In this document: positions 1-11,056 of the stretch, one piece after another
How positions within the stretch are numbered: position 1 is the first letter of the stretch
Layout of the letters: each line of letters begins with the position of its first letter
Made by a program: the position numbers and the translations under genes
Assembly (NCBI GenBank): GCA_016214895.1
Contig: JACRMR010000020.1
Span: forward strand, 41,812-105,811
Length of the DNA stretch: 64,000 nt
Direction of reading: 5' to 3'
Origin: Candidatus Zhuqueibacterota bacterium
GTDB taxonomy: Bacteria > Electryoneota > RPQS01
The notes under the pieces: generated by a model
What the model was told of the DNA's origin: nothing
Seen by the model: the letters and a program-made list of their open reading frames with translations, nothing else
Database searches by the model: none

Positions 1-1911
1 GGGGCGATTATCGCGTGGGAAGACACGCGATCGGACGGCAACTGGCTGAAGTGCGACCTCTATGCGGCGCGCGTGAATGCGACGGGCAACTTTGTTTGGG
101 GCGGGGATTGCGGCATCCCGATCGCGGTGGCGGCGAACCAGCAGGTCGCGCCCGTCTTGCGCGTTGATGAGGGCAACGGCGTCTTCATCTTCTGGGATGA
201 TTATCGCTCCGGATCGCAGTCAATCCGTTATCAGAATCTCGACATCACCAACGGTCAGTTCACGATCCCGGATCATCCGGACGGACTGATTGTCATCTAC
301 GGACTCGACGGCGACGCGAATGCTCCGCTTTCCTTGCCCATGACCATGGGTCGTGTGGGGGTCGTTTGGCAGGACAACCGCGTGGTGGGCGGGGGAACGC
401 GTTTGTACTATCAGATCGTGGACACGACCGGGCACATTGAACGCGAGATGAACGGCGAGCCGTTGGTTCAGGATCCGGGTGAAAGTCCGAATCAACTGGG
501 CCATCAAATTTGCCCGGATGGGGATGCGGGCTTCTTTGTGACCTTCGAGGATTTGCGGTCCGGCGTCAAGCGGATCCGCCAGAAGCGTGTGGGAAGCGAC
601 GGGGTTCCGCGCTGCAGCCTGGAGGGCAACTTGGTCGCGTTGGCCCCGGGCATGAACGATCAGGATCATGCCTATTGCGCATCGGATGGCGCGGGTGGCA
701 GCTATGTGGTTTGGTCGGGTTCCGACGCGGCGTTCCTGATTGATGTGTACATGATGCGCATGAACGACAATTGCGAACCGCTGTGGCAAGCCCCGGTACG
801 GTTGAGTACGGCGGACGCCGACGATATCGTCGAGGGCGTGGTAACGAGTTCCGGTGGCTGCTGCATCGTGGTCTGGACCTCCGGTGGATTCGGGCAGCTC
901 AACGTCTCGGCCGCCCGCGTTTGTCAAGACGGCAGCGTGTCCTGGAATCGGGAAATCTGCTCGGCGAACGGTTCGCAATACGAGCCGACCTTGTTTGCGG
1001 ATGAGGAAGGCGGCGCCTATTTCGCGTGGTCGGATGCGCGCACCTTTGACATGGGCAAGGACATCTACGCGCAGCACGTGAACGCCGCGGGCGCTGACAG
1101 TTGGACCGCCAACGGGATTGTCGTGGCCACGATTGTGAACGACCAGAAGGAACCGACGATCGACATCGACTCCCAGCGCAATCTGTTTGTGGTCTGGGAA
1201 GACTACCGGACCGGCGACGTGCTCAATCTCGATCTGTATGGTCAGAAGATCACCCCGGCCGGGCAGCGGCTGTGGCCGACGGACGGCAAGCGGATCGCGG
1301 TCATTCGTGGCGACCAAACTGAAGCTCAGTTGGAGACCGAATGGAACGACGGCCTGTACGTATTCTGGACGGATTATCGTGGCCTGTATCAGGACGTGTA
1401 CGCCACGCACCTCGATCATGACGGCAATCTCACGACGGACTACTGGCAAGCGGACAGCGGGCGCGTGATCTGTGATTTCTACCAGGGGCAATTGAGTCCG
1501 ACCACCAGTGACGACGGTCACGGCGGCATTCTGGCGTTTTGGCAGGACTTGCGCGCGTCGGGCAAGGAACCGTTGATCAATATCTGGGGCCAGTGGGTCA
1601 ACGACTGCACGGTCGGTGTTACCGAGGTGCGGGGCCAGCCGGTTCCGGCGGTGTACACATTGGAACAGAACTACCCGAATCCGTTCAATCCGACGACAAG
1701 TATTCGCTTCTCAGTACCTCAGACCGAGCGGGTTGAGTTGACGGTCTTTAATCTGCAGGGGCAGCAGGTCTCGACCCTGGTCGATGAGGTGATGACCGCG
1801 GGCGTGTATGACGTGCAGTTCGGCTCCTCGCGGCTGGCGTCGGGAATCTACTTCTACCGGCTGCACACACCTACGTTCGAGAGCGTCAAGAAGATGACGC
1901 TGTTGAAATAA
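1..1911 (+). CDS. Secreted repeat protein with T9SS C-terminal sorting domain. 5' partial: the frame continues upstream of the window. Contains about nine ~45-aa beta-propeller-like repeats (VVW.D.R.G...Y.Q.).
   Basis: The ORF 73..1911 frame is open back to nt 1; translated nt 1-72 continues the repeat pattern (IIAWEDTRSDGN). The C-terminus NYPNPFNPTTSIRF...GIYFYRL matches the Por/T9SS CTD consensus. The repeat consensus was read directly from the translation. Confidence 0.6.
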   Translation, partial: GAIIAWEDTRSDGNWLKCDLYAARVNATGNFVWGGDCGIPIAVAANQQVAPVLRVDEGNGVFIFWDDYRSGSQSIRYQNLDITNGQFTIPDHPDGLIVIYGLDGDANAPLSLPMTMGRVGVVWQDNRVVGGGTRLYYQIVDTTGHIEREMNGEPLVQDPGESPNQLGHQICPDGDAGFFVTFEDLRSGVKRIRQKRVGSDGVPRCSLEGNLVALAPGMNDQDHAYCASDGAGGSYVVWSGSDAAFLIDVYMMRMNDNCEPLWQAPVRLSTADADDIVEGVVTSSGGCCIVVWTSGGFGQLNVSAARVCQDGSVSWNREICSANGSQYEPTLFADEEGGAYFAWSDARTFDMGKDIYAQHVNAAGADSWTANGIVVATIVNDQKEPTIDIDSQRNLFVVWEDYRTGDVLNLDLYGQKITPAGQRLWPTDGKRIAVIRGDQTEAQLETEWNDGLYVFWTDYRGLYQDVYATHLDHDGNLTTDYWQADSGRVICDFYQGQLSPTTSDDGHGGILAFWQDLRASGKEPLINIWGQWVNDCTVGVTEVRGQPVPAVYTLEQNYPNPFNPTTSIRFSVPQTERVELTVFNLQGQQVSTLVDEVMTAGVYDVQFGSSRLASGIYFYRLHTPTFESVKKMTLLK

Positions 1912-1926
1912 CGAGTTTGGAATCGG

Positions 1927-1948
1927 GCGGCACTCGCGAGGGTGCCGC
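1927..1948 (+). terminator. GC-rich hairpin after gene 1 (7-bp stem gcggcac/gtgccgc, 8-nt loop); no U-tract
   Basis: Inverted repeat seen directly 16 nt after the stop codon. Confidence 0.25.
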
Positions 1949-2015
1949 TCTGTGAATCCGGGGGGCGGAGTATCATCGTCGTCGCCCGATTGTCTTGAAC
2001 CCCTACTGAATTGAT

Positions 2016-4358
2016 ATGCGTGGTCAGAACTACATAATTTTTGTGTTGGCCTTGCTGAGCATCAGCGCGGCCGGTTGGGCGCAGTGCCTCGACGATCGCT
2101 ATCACACGCTGGAGGAACTCTACGCGTTTGTGTTTGAGCTGCAGGCCCAGCATCCCGACTGGGTAAAGGTGGACTCGATCGGCCATTCCCGCGGTGACAT
2201 GGACGGCCGGCAGTGGCCGATCTATGCGGTGAAGATCTCGAACAACGTGCAGGTATTTGAAGACGAGCCGGTCTCGCTCATCATCATGCACATTCACGCG
2301 GAGGAGGTCATCGGGGTTGAGACGAGTATCGCCTACATGCAGCGGTTGGTGACCAATCAGGGGCGCGACTTGCGCATGTACACCCAGATGTACTTCGTGC
2401 CGACGATGAACCCGGACGGGCTGGCTGTGATCTCCGACTGCCGGGATAATACGTGGCGCAAGAATGGTTATCGTCCGCCGCAGCTCGGCAACCGCGATTG
2501 TGTGGTGGTCCCGGGCGTCGGCTCGGATTCGTGCGGCGTGGACTTGAATCGCAACTTCGAGTTCAACTGGATTTGGGGTGACACGCTGTGGCAGCCCGCG
2601 GCGAATGAGCCGTTTGATTATTATCGCGGGCCCGGTCCGTTTTCGGAACCGGAGGTGCAAGCGATCCGCGATCTTGCGTTGCAGATTCGGCCGACGACCT
2701 CCATCGTGTATCATTCGTCGCGATCGGGAGCCGTGGCCGAGCGCAGTATCATCGCCTGGCAATGGGGTGTCGATCCCGGTCCCTACAAATTTCCGCCGGA
2801 CTGCACGGCGCTGGGACAGTGGAACCGACGCTATGTCGAGCAGACGTTAGCCTATCCGGGCAACGACCACTTCACCTTTGTCTGGGGTGGCACGCACAAC
2901 GGCTGTTTGCAGGACTGGTTCTATTGGAGAATCGGGACGTTTCAGGCGCTGACCGAATCCAGCCCGAGCGACGGCGACATTCAGCCGGATTCCGTTCGCC
3001 TGGAGGCGACCATTTCGGCGATGATGCCATCGTTGGACTGGATGAACCGGCGCATGATGAACTTCGATCATGATCAGCCTGCGCCCTTGGCGATCCATAC
3101 GCGCGATGCCTCGACACTTCAGCCCATTTCGGCGGAGTGGCGAATTGCGAGTACGTGGACGCCGGTTCTGGCACCGCGCACGACCAACGAGCAATATGGC
3201 CGCATGACGATCCTCCCGCCCGCCGGGCCGATCACAATCATCGCGCGGAAGGACGGCTATGCCGACGCGACGGCCTCGACGACGATTCAGCCGGGTGGCG
3301 ACGTGCAGTATGTCACGCTGGATCTGCAACCGTTACCGCATCACAATCTCACCCTCCGCCTGGTGGACGCCGCGGGCGCGGGCACAGCGGGGACGGGCTT
3401 TCTGGACGGCAAGTTCCCGCGCTGGCTCAACATTCCCGCGGACGGACTGACCGTGAATCTCGCGGAGGGCGAGTACAGTTTGCGCGCGCGGGCCGATCTG
3501 GAGGGAACGGTGGTTGCCTGGCGCGACTTTGTACTGGGCGGTGACCGTACGTTTGAGATCGCGCTCCCCGCATCGCAAACGGTCTTCACGGAGAACTTCG
3601 ACGCGGGGACCTCCGGTTGGACCAGCGGCGGTGACGGCAATGAGTGGAGGGCCGAGCTTGACACGACGTCGATGAACTTCGGGACCTGTTTGCACACCAA
3701 TCGCGAGGGTTACCGAACGACGTACGCGCCGAACGCGAACTCGTGGATTCACACGGATCAGTCCATTCCGTTGGCGGGGGGCAACATTGCCTATCTCGAG
3801 TTCTATCGGCGCGGTCGGCTGGACGTGCCCGCGGATAGCTTTTTCGTCGAGGTTTCGACGGATGGCGGAACGTGGGAACGCGCGGCGGGATTCTGTGACA
3901 TGGAATTGGACTGGACGCGCACGTATGTAAATCTCAGCCGTTGGATTCCCAATCCTGTGCAGTTGCGGTTCCGCCTACAGGCCGACCATGCGCTGGGCGA
4001 GTTGGGCATGCACGTTGACAACATTCGAGTGTACACGGCTACGGATAGTGACGCGCCGATTCCGCCTGCCTTTGTCCCTTATCGATGGCAGATCAAGAAT
4101 GTCTATCCGAATCCGTTCAATCCGTCCACGACGATCACGTATGAGTTGGGCGGTCCCGGTCGTGCCGAAATCGTGATCTTCAATCTACTCGGCGAAGAAG
4201 TCCGGCGATTTGACATCATGCGGGCAATGGCCGGGGTCGGTGAGGTCAAGTGGGACGGCGCCAATAGCAGTGGGCTTGGGGTTCCCTCCGGGATCTACTT
4301 TGCGCGGTTGACCTCTGGCGGTCATCTCGCGACGCACAAGTTGCTGTTGATCAGATAA
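2016..4358 (+). CDS. Zinc carboxypeptidase (peptidase M14) with a MAM/'FxxGW...VSxDGGxTW'-like module and a T9SS C-terminal sorting domain
   Basis: N-terminal signal peptide. HIHAEE (HxxE zinc ligands), NPDG and DLNRNF motifs typical of M14. C-terminus NVYPNPFNPSTTITYEL...GIYFARL (T9SS CTD). Confidence 0.75.
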   Translation: MRGQNYIIFVLALLSISAAGWAQCLDDRYHTLEELYAFVFELQAQHPDWVKVDSIGHSRGDMDGRQWPIYAVKISNNVQVFEDEPVSLIIMHIHAEEVIGVETSIAYMQRLVTNQGRDLRMYTQMYFVPTMNPDGLAVISDCRDNTWRKNGYRPPQLGNRDCVVVPGVGSDSCGVDLNRNFEFNWIWGDTLWQPAANEPFDYYRGPGPFSEPEVQAIRDLALQIRPTTSIVYHSSRSGAVAERSIIAWQWGVDPGPYKFPPDCTALGQWNRRYVEQTLAYPGNDHFTFVWGGTHNGCLQDWFYWRIGTFQALTESSPSDGDIQPDSVRLEATISAMMPSLDWMNRRMMNFDHDQPAPLAIHTRDASTLQPISAEWRIASTWTPVLAPRTTNEQYGRMTILPPAGPITIIARKDGYADATASTTIQPGGDVQYVTLDLQPLPHHNLTLRLVDAAGAGTAGTGFLDGKFPRWLNIPADGLTVNLAEGEYSLRARADLEGTVVAWRDFVLGGDRTFEIALPASQTVFTENFDAGTSGWTSGGDGNEWRAELDTTSMNFGTCLHTNREGYRTTYAPNANSWIHTDQSIPLAGGNIAYLEFYRRGRLDVPADSFFVEVSTDGGTWERAAGFCDMELDWTRTYVNLSRWIPNPVQLRFRLQADHALGELGMHVDNIRVYTATDSDAPIPPAFVPYRWQIKNVYPNPFNPSTTITYELGGPGRAEIVIFNLLGEEVRRFDIMRAMAGVGEVKWDGANSSGLGVPSGIYFARLTSGGHLATHKLLLIR

Positions 4359-4435
4359 CGCAACGGACCCGGCACCAAGCCACGGCCATTCAACTTTCGA
4401 CCCGCAACTTCATCAAACTAACGGCATAGGTCCCC

Positions 4436-5362
4436 ATGACGAAACCCCGAGAGCATCGCGACTTCCTTTCAATTCACGATCTCAGCCGTGAGGAAGTGAT
4501 TGAAACCCTTGCGCTTGCAAAGGAGTTAAAGCAATTAGAACGCGACCACGCGTACAGCCATGCGCTGCAAGGGCAGACGTGGGGTCTGATCTTTCACAAG
4601 CCCAGCCTCCGGACGCGGATCTCGTTTGAAGTCGGCATCAACCAGCTTGGCGGCTCCCCGATCTACATCACGGATGCCGAGATTCAGTTGGGTAAGCGCG
4701 AAACGATTTCGGACGCGGCACAGGTTTTGTCCCGTTATCTGGGCGGAATCGTGATTCGGACCTTCAGCCATGACGATGTTGAAAAGCTCGCACATTTCGC
4801 GGACATCCCGATCATCAACGGCCTCACGGATCACTCGCATCCGTGCCAGATCATGGCGGACATATTGACGGTTTACGAGCACCTCGGGCGCTACGAGGAT
4901 TTGAAGATCGTTTACCTTGGGGACGGCAACAATATCACGAACTCGTGGTTGGAGCTGGCCTGCCTGTTGGGCTTTGAATTCGTGGTGGCGACCTCGACGG
5001 ATACGTTGCCGGACATGGAGCTCTTCCAGCGCGCCCGCTCGGCGGGTCGTTCGCGGGTCACGCTCAGCCACGATCCGCTGGAGGCGGTGCGGGGTGCGCA
5101 CGTGTTGTACACGGACGTGTGGGCATCGATGGGGCAGAAAGAACAGGCCGAGTCCAAGGCGAAAGCGTTGCACGCATTTCAGATCAATCAGCAGTTGGTG
5201 GAGCGGTCGGACAAGCACTGCATCGTGCTGCACTGTTTACCGGCGGAGCGGGGCCGTGAGATCACGGACGAGGTGATGGACGGTCCGCATAGCCGGGTCT
5301 TTGATCAGGCCGAGAATCGCCTGCATGCGCAGAAGGCGATCATGGTGAAACTGAACGACTAA
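4436..5362 (+). CDS. argF: Ornithine carbamoyltransferase
   Basis: STRTR carbamoyl-phosphate motif (SLRTRISFE), DVWASMG and HCLP motifs; 308 aa. Confidence 0.85.
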   Translation: MTKPREHRDFLSIHDLSREEVIETLALAKELKQLERDHAYSHALQGQTWGLIFHKPSLRTRISFEVGINQLGGSPIYITDAEIQLGKRETISDAAQVLSRYLGGIVIRTFSHDDVEKLAHFADIPIINGLTDHSHPCQIMADILTVYEHLGRYEDLKIVYLGDGNNITNSWLELACLLGFEFVVATSTDTLPDMELFQRARSAGRSRVTLSHDPLEAVRGAHVLYTDVWASMGQKEQAESKAKALHAFQINQQLVERSDKHCIVLHCLPAERGREITDEVMDGPHSRVFDQAENRLHAQKAIMVKLND

Positions 5363-5416
5363 TTCAGACAGGTCGCGGAGAAGCCTTCGGGTTCAAAGCG
5401 AATTGGAGAAACGACG

Positions 5417-5977
5417 ATGAAACCGCGTCTCATTCTGCTAACGGCGGTCGGGATGTTTGCGCTGCTTAGCAGCGGTTGCTACACGAAGTTTTACCGGCCC
5501 GGCATGGAGATGACCGGTCGCGGGCCGTACGACACGTTGTACGATCGTTACGATTCGACGGCGATTGACACGACACTGACGGCGCCGGTGATCACGGATG
5601 AGTATCCGCCGCGCAGCTACGACCATTACGATCAGTGGTCTTATTGGGGTCGCCCGCGTACGCGCTGGGGATTTGATTTCTATAACTACGACCCAAGCTA
5701 CTACCAGTCGTACTACGGATACTACGATTATTACGGAGTTCCGTGGTGGCGTAACTGGTACCGGGATCCGTGGTGGTATTATGGTGGCCAGCCGGGCGTG
5801 CCGGGCGCGCCGGAGCAGCCGCGGGAGCGCGGCCGTCGCGAGGCCGGCGGCGGGCCGGGCAGCATTGGAACGCCTCCGCCGCCGAGTTCGATCGCGACTC
5901 CGGCTCCGGCGAATCCGCCGCCGCAGCCGGCGAAGCCGAAGGACGATAATAAGCGCGAAGGAAAGCGGGGTCGATAA
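5417..5977 (+). CDS. Lipoprotein, extremely Tyr/Trp/Pro-rich low-complexity (hypothetical)
   Basis: Lipobox LLSSGC at residues 16-21. Runs such as YYQSYYGYYDYYGVPWWRNWYRDPWWYYGG, then a Pro/Arg/Lys-rich tail. GGAG RBS 8 nt upstream. Confidence 0.45.
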   Translation: MKPRLILLTAVGMFALLSSGCYTKFYRPGMEMTGRGPYDTLYDRYDSTAIDTTLTAPVITDEYPPRSYDHYDQWSYWGRPRTRWGFDFYNYDPSYYQSYYGYYDYYGVPWWRNWYRDPWWYYGGQPGVPGAPEQPRERGRREAGGGPGSIGTPPPPSSIATPAPANPPPQPAKPKDDNKREGKRGR

Positions 5978-5981
5978 CAGC

Positions 5982-7193
5982 ATGAAGTATTTCATCCTTG
6001 CACTGCTGGCCTGCGCTTCGATAGCGGTCGCGCAGGATCAGATTCCGGAGCGCTTGCTGCTCACGACGGGCCAATACCTCGGCCCCGGCGCGCGCGCCAT
6101 GGGCTTGGGCGGAACATACACAGGCATCGCGGATGATTATTCCGCGATCTGGTGGAATCCGGCGGGTCTGGCGCAGGTAAAGCGGATCGAGCTCCAAGGC
6201 TCGCTGTCCCGCACATCGTTCAAGAACGAGACGGATTACTTTGGCTCATCTCTCGACGGCTCGACGAGTTCACTCCGCCTGAATGACATGGGCGTGGTGT
6301 TTCCGGTTCCGGTTTACCAGGGCGCGATGAGCTTCGGGATCGGCTATTCGCAGGTGCTGGCCTTCGATCGGCGCACGCGGGTGGAATCGCCTGTTGACAG
6401 CAATGCCGACTGGGACGATTTCGACGAACTTGAGAGTGGGCGGCTCGGGCTCTGGAGTTTCGCGGGAGCGGTCGATGTATCGCCGAATCTCGCGCTCGGT
6501 CTTGGATTGAACTACTGGTCCGGCGGCGATGAATACACGCTCACCGGACATTACACGGACGCGGATTCGCGGATTTACAGCGAGCAGTCGATCACCACCG
6601 ATCTTTCCGGCATCGGTGCCAACGTCGGTGGTCTGTTCCGGATCGGGCGGACCGGGCGTGTCGGCGCGATGTTCCATTCACCGATTTCAATGTCGCTGAA
6701 GGAAGACTGGATCATCGAGGGTGCCAGCGGCTACGATAATTATCGCATGTCGTATCCGGCGGTGTTCCGCCTGGGCGGTTCGATCTCTCCCGGACGGTGG
6801 CTGGTGGCGGCGGATTTGGAGTATCGCGATTGGACCTCGCTCTCGTTTCGGAGCGACACGCCGTATCGGGATGTCAGCAAGGCCGAGGCCAATCAGCAGA
6901 TCAAGGATCAGTATAAGTCCACGACGCGGTTGTCGTTCGGCGGCGAATACTTATTTCCGGCTTACGGCCTGCGCGGCCGCGCCGGACTGAGTTTCGCACC
7001 GACCAATTATCGCGCGTCCGGCGGGGATGATGACAAGACGATTCTCACGTTGGGTCTTGGTATTCTGGTGGATCGCAGCGTGATGCTCGATGCGACCTAT
7101 CACTTCTCCAGCTATACCGAACAGGTCACGACGGGCCTGACCGAAGACATCAGGTCCAACGCCGCGTTGTTCACGCTCAGTTACCGGCTGTAG
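5982..7193 (+). CDS. FadL/TodX-family outer-membrane beta-barrel protein (possibly PorV-like)
   Basis: Internal Met (MKYFILALLACASIAVAQ signal) in the 5598..7193 frame. N-terminal GLGGTYTGIADDYSAIWWNPAGLAQV resembles the FadL NPAG motif. Alternating beta-strand pattern; C-terminal ...FTLSYRL. Confidence 0.55.
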   Translation: MKYFILALLACASIAVAQDQIPERLLLTTGQYLGPGARAMGLGGTYTGIADDYSAIWWNPAGLAQVKRIELQGSLSRTSFKNETDYFGSSLDGSTSSLRLNDMGVVFPVPVYQGAMSFGIGYSQVLAFDRRTRVESPVDSNADWDDFDELESGRLGLWSFAGAVDVSPNLALGLGLNYWSGGDEYTLTGHYTDADSRIYSEQSITTDLSGIGANVGGLFRIGRTGRVGAMFHSPISMSLKEDWIIEGASGYDNYRMSYPAVFRLGGSISPGRWLVAADLEYRDWTSLSFRSDTPYRDVSKAEANQQIKDQYKSTTRLSFGGEYLFPAYGLRGRAGLSFAPTNYRASGGDDDKTILTLGLGILVDRSVMLDATYHFSSYTEQVTTGLTEDIRSNAALFTLSYRL

Positions 7194-7223
7194 AATCCAT
7201 TCCACCTCAAGCAGGAGTTGCGG

Positions 7224-7247
7224 GGGCGGTTCGGAGACGGACCGCCC
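7224..7247 (+). terminator. Hairpin after the OMP gene (gggcggt/accgccc, 10-nt loop); no U-tract
   Basis: Inverted repeat seen about 30 nt after the stop. Confidence 0.25.
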
Positions 7248-7260
7248 TGCCATATCGCCC

Positions 7261-8277
7261 ATGCCTCCCGTTACCCTCGACACCACACCGTCACTTGCCC
7301 GCGTTCGTGAGCTGCCCACCGGTGAGAAGATCATCGGTTTTTATTTGCTCACGAAGCTCGAAGTAAAGCCAAAGAAATCCGGCGGCAACTATCTGGAACT
7401 CCGCTTGCAGGATTCGTCGGGGACGCTCGATGCGAAGAAGTGGGAGGAATTCGAGGAATTCGCGGCGGTCGCGAAGCCCGGCGATGTATTGAAAATCGAG
7501 GCGGTCGTGGATCGCTATCGCGAGATTCCGGGGTTGGTCATTTCCCGCCTGCGCCACGCGACCGGGGACGAGGCGCCGGATGGCAGTGTGTTCCTTCCCC
7601 ACTCGACTCTCTCCGAAACACAGGCGCAGCAGGAGTTGTTCCGTCACATCGAGTCGATCACACGACCGGACCTGCGCGCATTGCTGGAGGCGATCTTCGG
7701 CGACGCCGGATTCCTCGCGGCGTTCTTGCGCGCGCCGGGCGGCAAACTCTGGCATCACGCGACGATCGGCGGACTGGCGGAACACACGATCTCCATGTGC
7801 TATCTTGCGGACGCGCTGAGCACACTGTACTCCGACCTGAACCGCGACCTGCTGATCGCGGGGGCGATGTTGCATGATCTCGGCAAGGCCTTTGAACTCA
7901 AGACGGAAATTGCGATTGACTACACGGTCGAAGGGCGATTACTGGGTCACATCACGCAGGGCGTGCTGCACGTGGATCGGGCCATCTCCGCGATTCCCGA
8001 ATTCCCCGATGAACTTCGCCGCCAGCTCTTACACTTGATCCTCTCCCATCAAGGCGACGGCACGATGGGCTCGCCGGTCAAGCCGATGACGTTGGAGGCG
8101 CTCGTCCTCCACTACTGCGACGAGCTCGACAGCCGGATTAACGCGTTCCAGGGGGTGCGCTCGCACACACCCGAGGGCCGCGAGTTCAGCGATTATGTCA
8201 AGTTGATGGAGCGATTCTTCTACTTCCGCTCCGCGGACGAACCCAAACCGGATCCCGATGAGCAATCCCCTGTCTGA
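7261..8277 (+). CDS. OB-fold + HD-domain phosphohydrolase (YhaM-like 3'-5' exoribonuclease family)
   Basis: N-terminal OB-like region (KIIGFYLLTKLEVKPKKSGGNYLELRLQD). HD motifs HHATIGGLAEH ... MLHDLGK ... LSHQGD. Confidence 0.6.
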   Translation: MPPVTLDTTPSLARVRELPTGEKIIGFYLLTKLEVKPKKSGGNYLELRLQDSSGTLDAKKWEEFEEFAAVAKPGDVLKIEAVVDRYREIPGLVISRLRHATGDEAPDGSVFLPHSTLSETQAQQELFRHIESITRPDLRALLEAIFGDAGFLAAFLRAPGGKLWHHATIGGLAEHTISMCYLADALSTLYSDLNRDLLIAGAMLHDLGKAFELKTEIAIDYTVEGRLLGHITQGVLHVDRAISAIPEFPDELRRQLLHLILSHQGDGTMGSPVKPMTLEALVLHYCDELDSRINAFQGVRSHTPEGREFSDYVKLMERFFYFRSADEPKPDPDEQSPV

Positions 8278-8551
8278 TCCCCGCGAGTACACGGAGTGGA
8301 AGTCGCTGCCACCGTTGGACGGAGGGGTCTGGGTGGCGATGGTAACCGAGGTGCTGGACGACAACGGGATCCCGAATCTGGTCAAGACCGACCTGTCCGC
8401 GGGCGGGCTGGGCGTCGTCACGGGGACCACGACGCTGGGTAAGCTCTGGCGCGTGCAGGTCCCTGCCGAATACTACGAGCAGGCGCTTGACATCTATGAT
8501 TCACTGTTCGGCGATCACGGTGTCACGGAAGAAGGCCCGGAAATCAGTTGA
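8258..8551 (+). CDS. Small hypothetical protein (DUF2007-like fold suspected)
   Basis: 97-aa ORF overlapping the previous stop by 20 nt. Weak resemblance only. Confidence 0.3.
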   Translation: MSNPLSDPREYTEWKSLPPLDGGVWVAMVTEVLDDNGIPNLVKTDLSAGGLGVVTGTTTLGKLWRVQVPAEYYEQALDIYDSLFGDHGVTEEGPEIS

Positions 8552-8576
8552 TTTTGCTCAGGGGAATGCGTATATT
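8548..8576 (+). promoter_or_regulatory. Sigma70-type promoter TTGATT-17nt-TATATT upstream of eno
   Basis: Hexamers with exact 17-nt spacing read directly; the -10 ends about 38 nt before the eno ATG. Confidence 0.45.
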
Positions 8577-8595
8577 CCCACGTAAATGCGCCTAA

Positions 8596-10244
<1,649 letters not shown>

Positions 10245-10263
10245 GCAGTGAACAAGTCCGATC

Positions 10264-10295
10264 GAAGTCCCGATTCCGGCCGGAGTCGGGACTTC
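10264..10295 (+). terminator. Hairpin terminator after ftsB (10-bp stem gaagtcccga/tcgggacttc)
   Basis: Perfect 10-bp inverted repeat 20 nt after the stop. Confidence 0.4.
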
Positions 10296-10316
10296 TCGCT
10301 CTAACCCGACATTCCC

Positions 10317-10982
10317 ATGGACACGCCAACGACACCCGGCCGTCGCTCGTTCTTCCGACGTAACTTCGCCACCGGCATGTTCGTGCTGGCACCGGTCGCG
10401 ATTACAGTGTATTTGGTCATCGTCGTCGTGCGCTTCATCGGTGGATTTCTTTCTCCGTACTTGCGCGGCATCGCCTCGACGGTGCTCGGTGAAAGCGTCA
10501 CTCCGTACGTCGTGAATGCGCTGACCGAGCTGGTGGCGTTTGCGCTGACCATCGGCCTGATCGCGATCTTCGGCGCGGTGGTGCGGCGCGTGTTAGGTCA
10601 GCGGCTGCTCGAAATGGTGGATTGGCTGCTCGGGCGCATTCCCGTGGTGCGCGATGTTTACGACGCGCTGCGCAAGTTCACGAAGATGCTCTCCGGCGAC
10701 CGCAGCGGGTTCCAGCGCGTGGTTGCAATTCGATTTCCGACGGATCGTACCTGGTCGATCGGCTTTGTTACGAACACGAGCGACTGGCAGGTTCCCGCGG
10801 GTCAATCCACCCGGATGTTGTCCGTGTTCGTGCCGACCTCGCCGGTTCCGACATCGGGATTTCTCGTAATGTCGCCCGCTGAAGAGGTTGTAGAATTGCC
10901 GATGAGCGTGGAGCAGGCGATTCGACTGGTGGTCTCGGGCGGCACCCTTAGCCCTGACCAGGTGGCCGTTCCGCCGTCGTGA
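10317..10982 (+). CDS. DUF502-family membrane protein
   Basis: Two N-terminal TM helices, then a conserved soluble domain pattern typical of DUF502. Confidence 0.55.
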   Translation: MDTPTTPGRRSFFRRNFATGMFVLAPVAITVYLVIVVVRFIGGFLSPYLRGIASTVLGESVTPYVVNALTELVAFALTIGLIAIFGAVVRRVLGQRLLEMVDWLLGRIPVVRDVYDALRKFTKMLSGDRSGFQRVVAIRFPTDRTWSIGFVTNTSDWQVPAGQSTRMLSVFVPTSPVPTSGFLVMSPAEEVVELPMSVEQAIRLVVSGGTLSPDQVAVPPS

Positions 10983-11056
10983 CGAGTACCGGCCGAAACA
11001 CGAAGCGGGTGGCCAAATGGTCACCCGCTTTCGCGTGGAATTGACGTCCGACTCGG

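Noticed and set aside
220-1521. 433-aa ORF antisense to gene 1, plus many other long antisense or alternative-frame ORFs (e.g. 1854..2762-, 4535..5233-, 5438..6197-, 14074..15102+, 15380..16072+, 16134..17126+, 18134..19714+, 18090..18881-, 21657..22343+, 22371..23399+, 23607..24893+, 25415..26257+, 26547..27581+, 28207..28926+, 29701..30375+, 30403..31053+, 33331..34989-, 36488..37729+, 39056..40159+, 44888..45496-, 49960..50583-, 50580..51419-, 52397..53677-, 55057..55677-, 60909..62006+, 62178..63077+)
   Set aside because: Each overlaps a gene with strong homology-style motifs on the opposite strand or in another frame. Their translations are Arg/Ala/Pro-rich low-complexity sequence typical of high-GC shadow ORFs, and none shows a recognisable motif.
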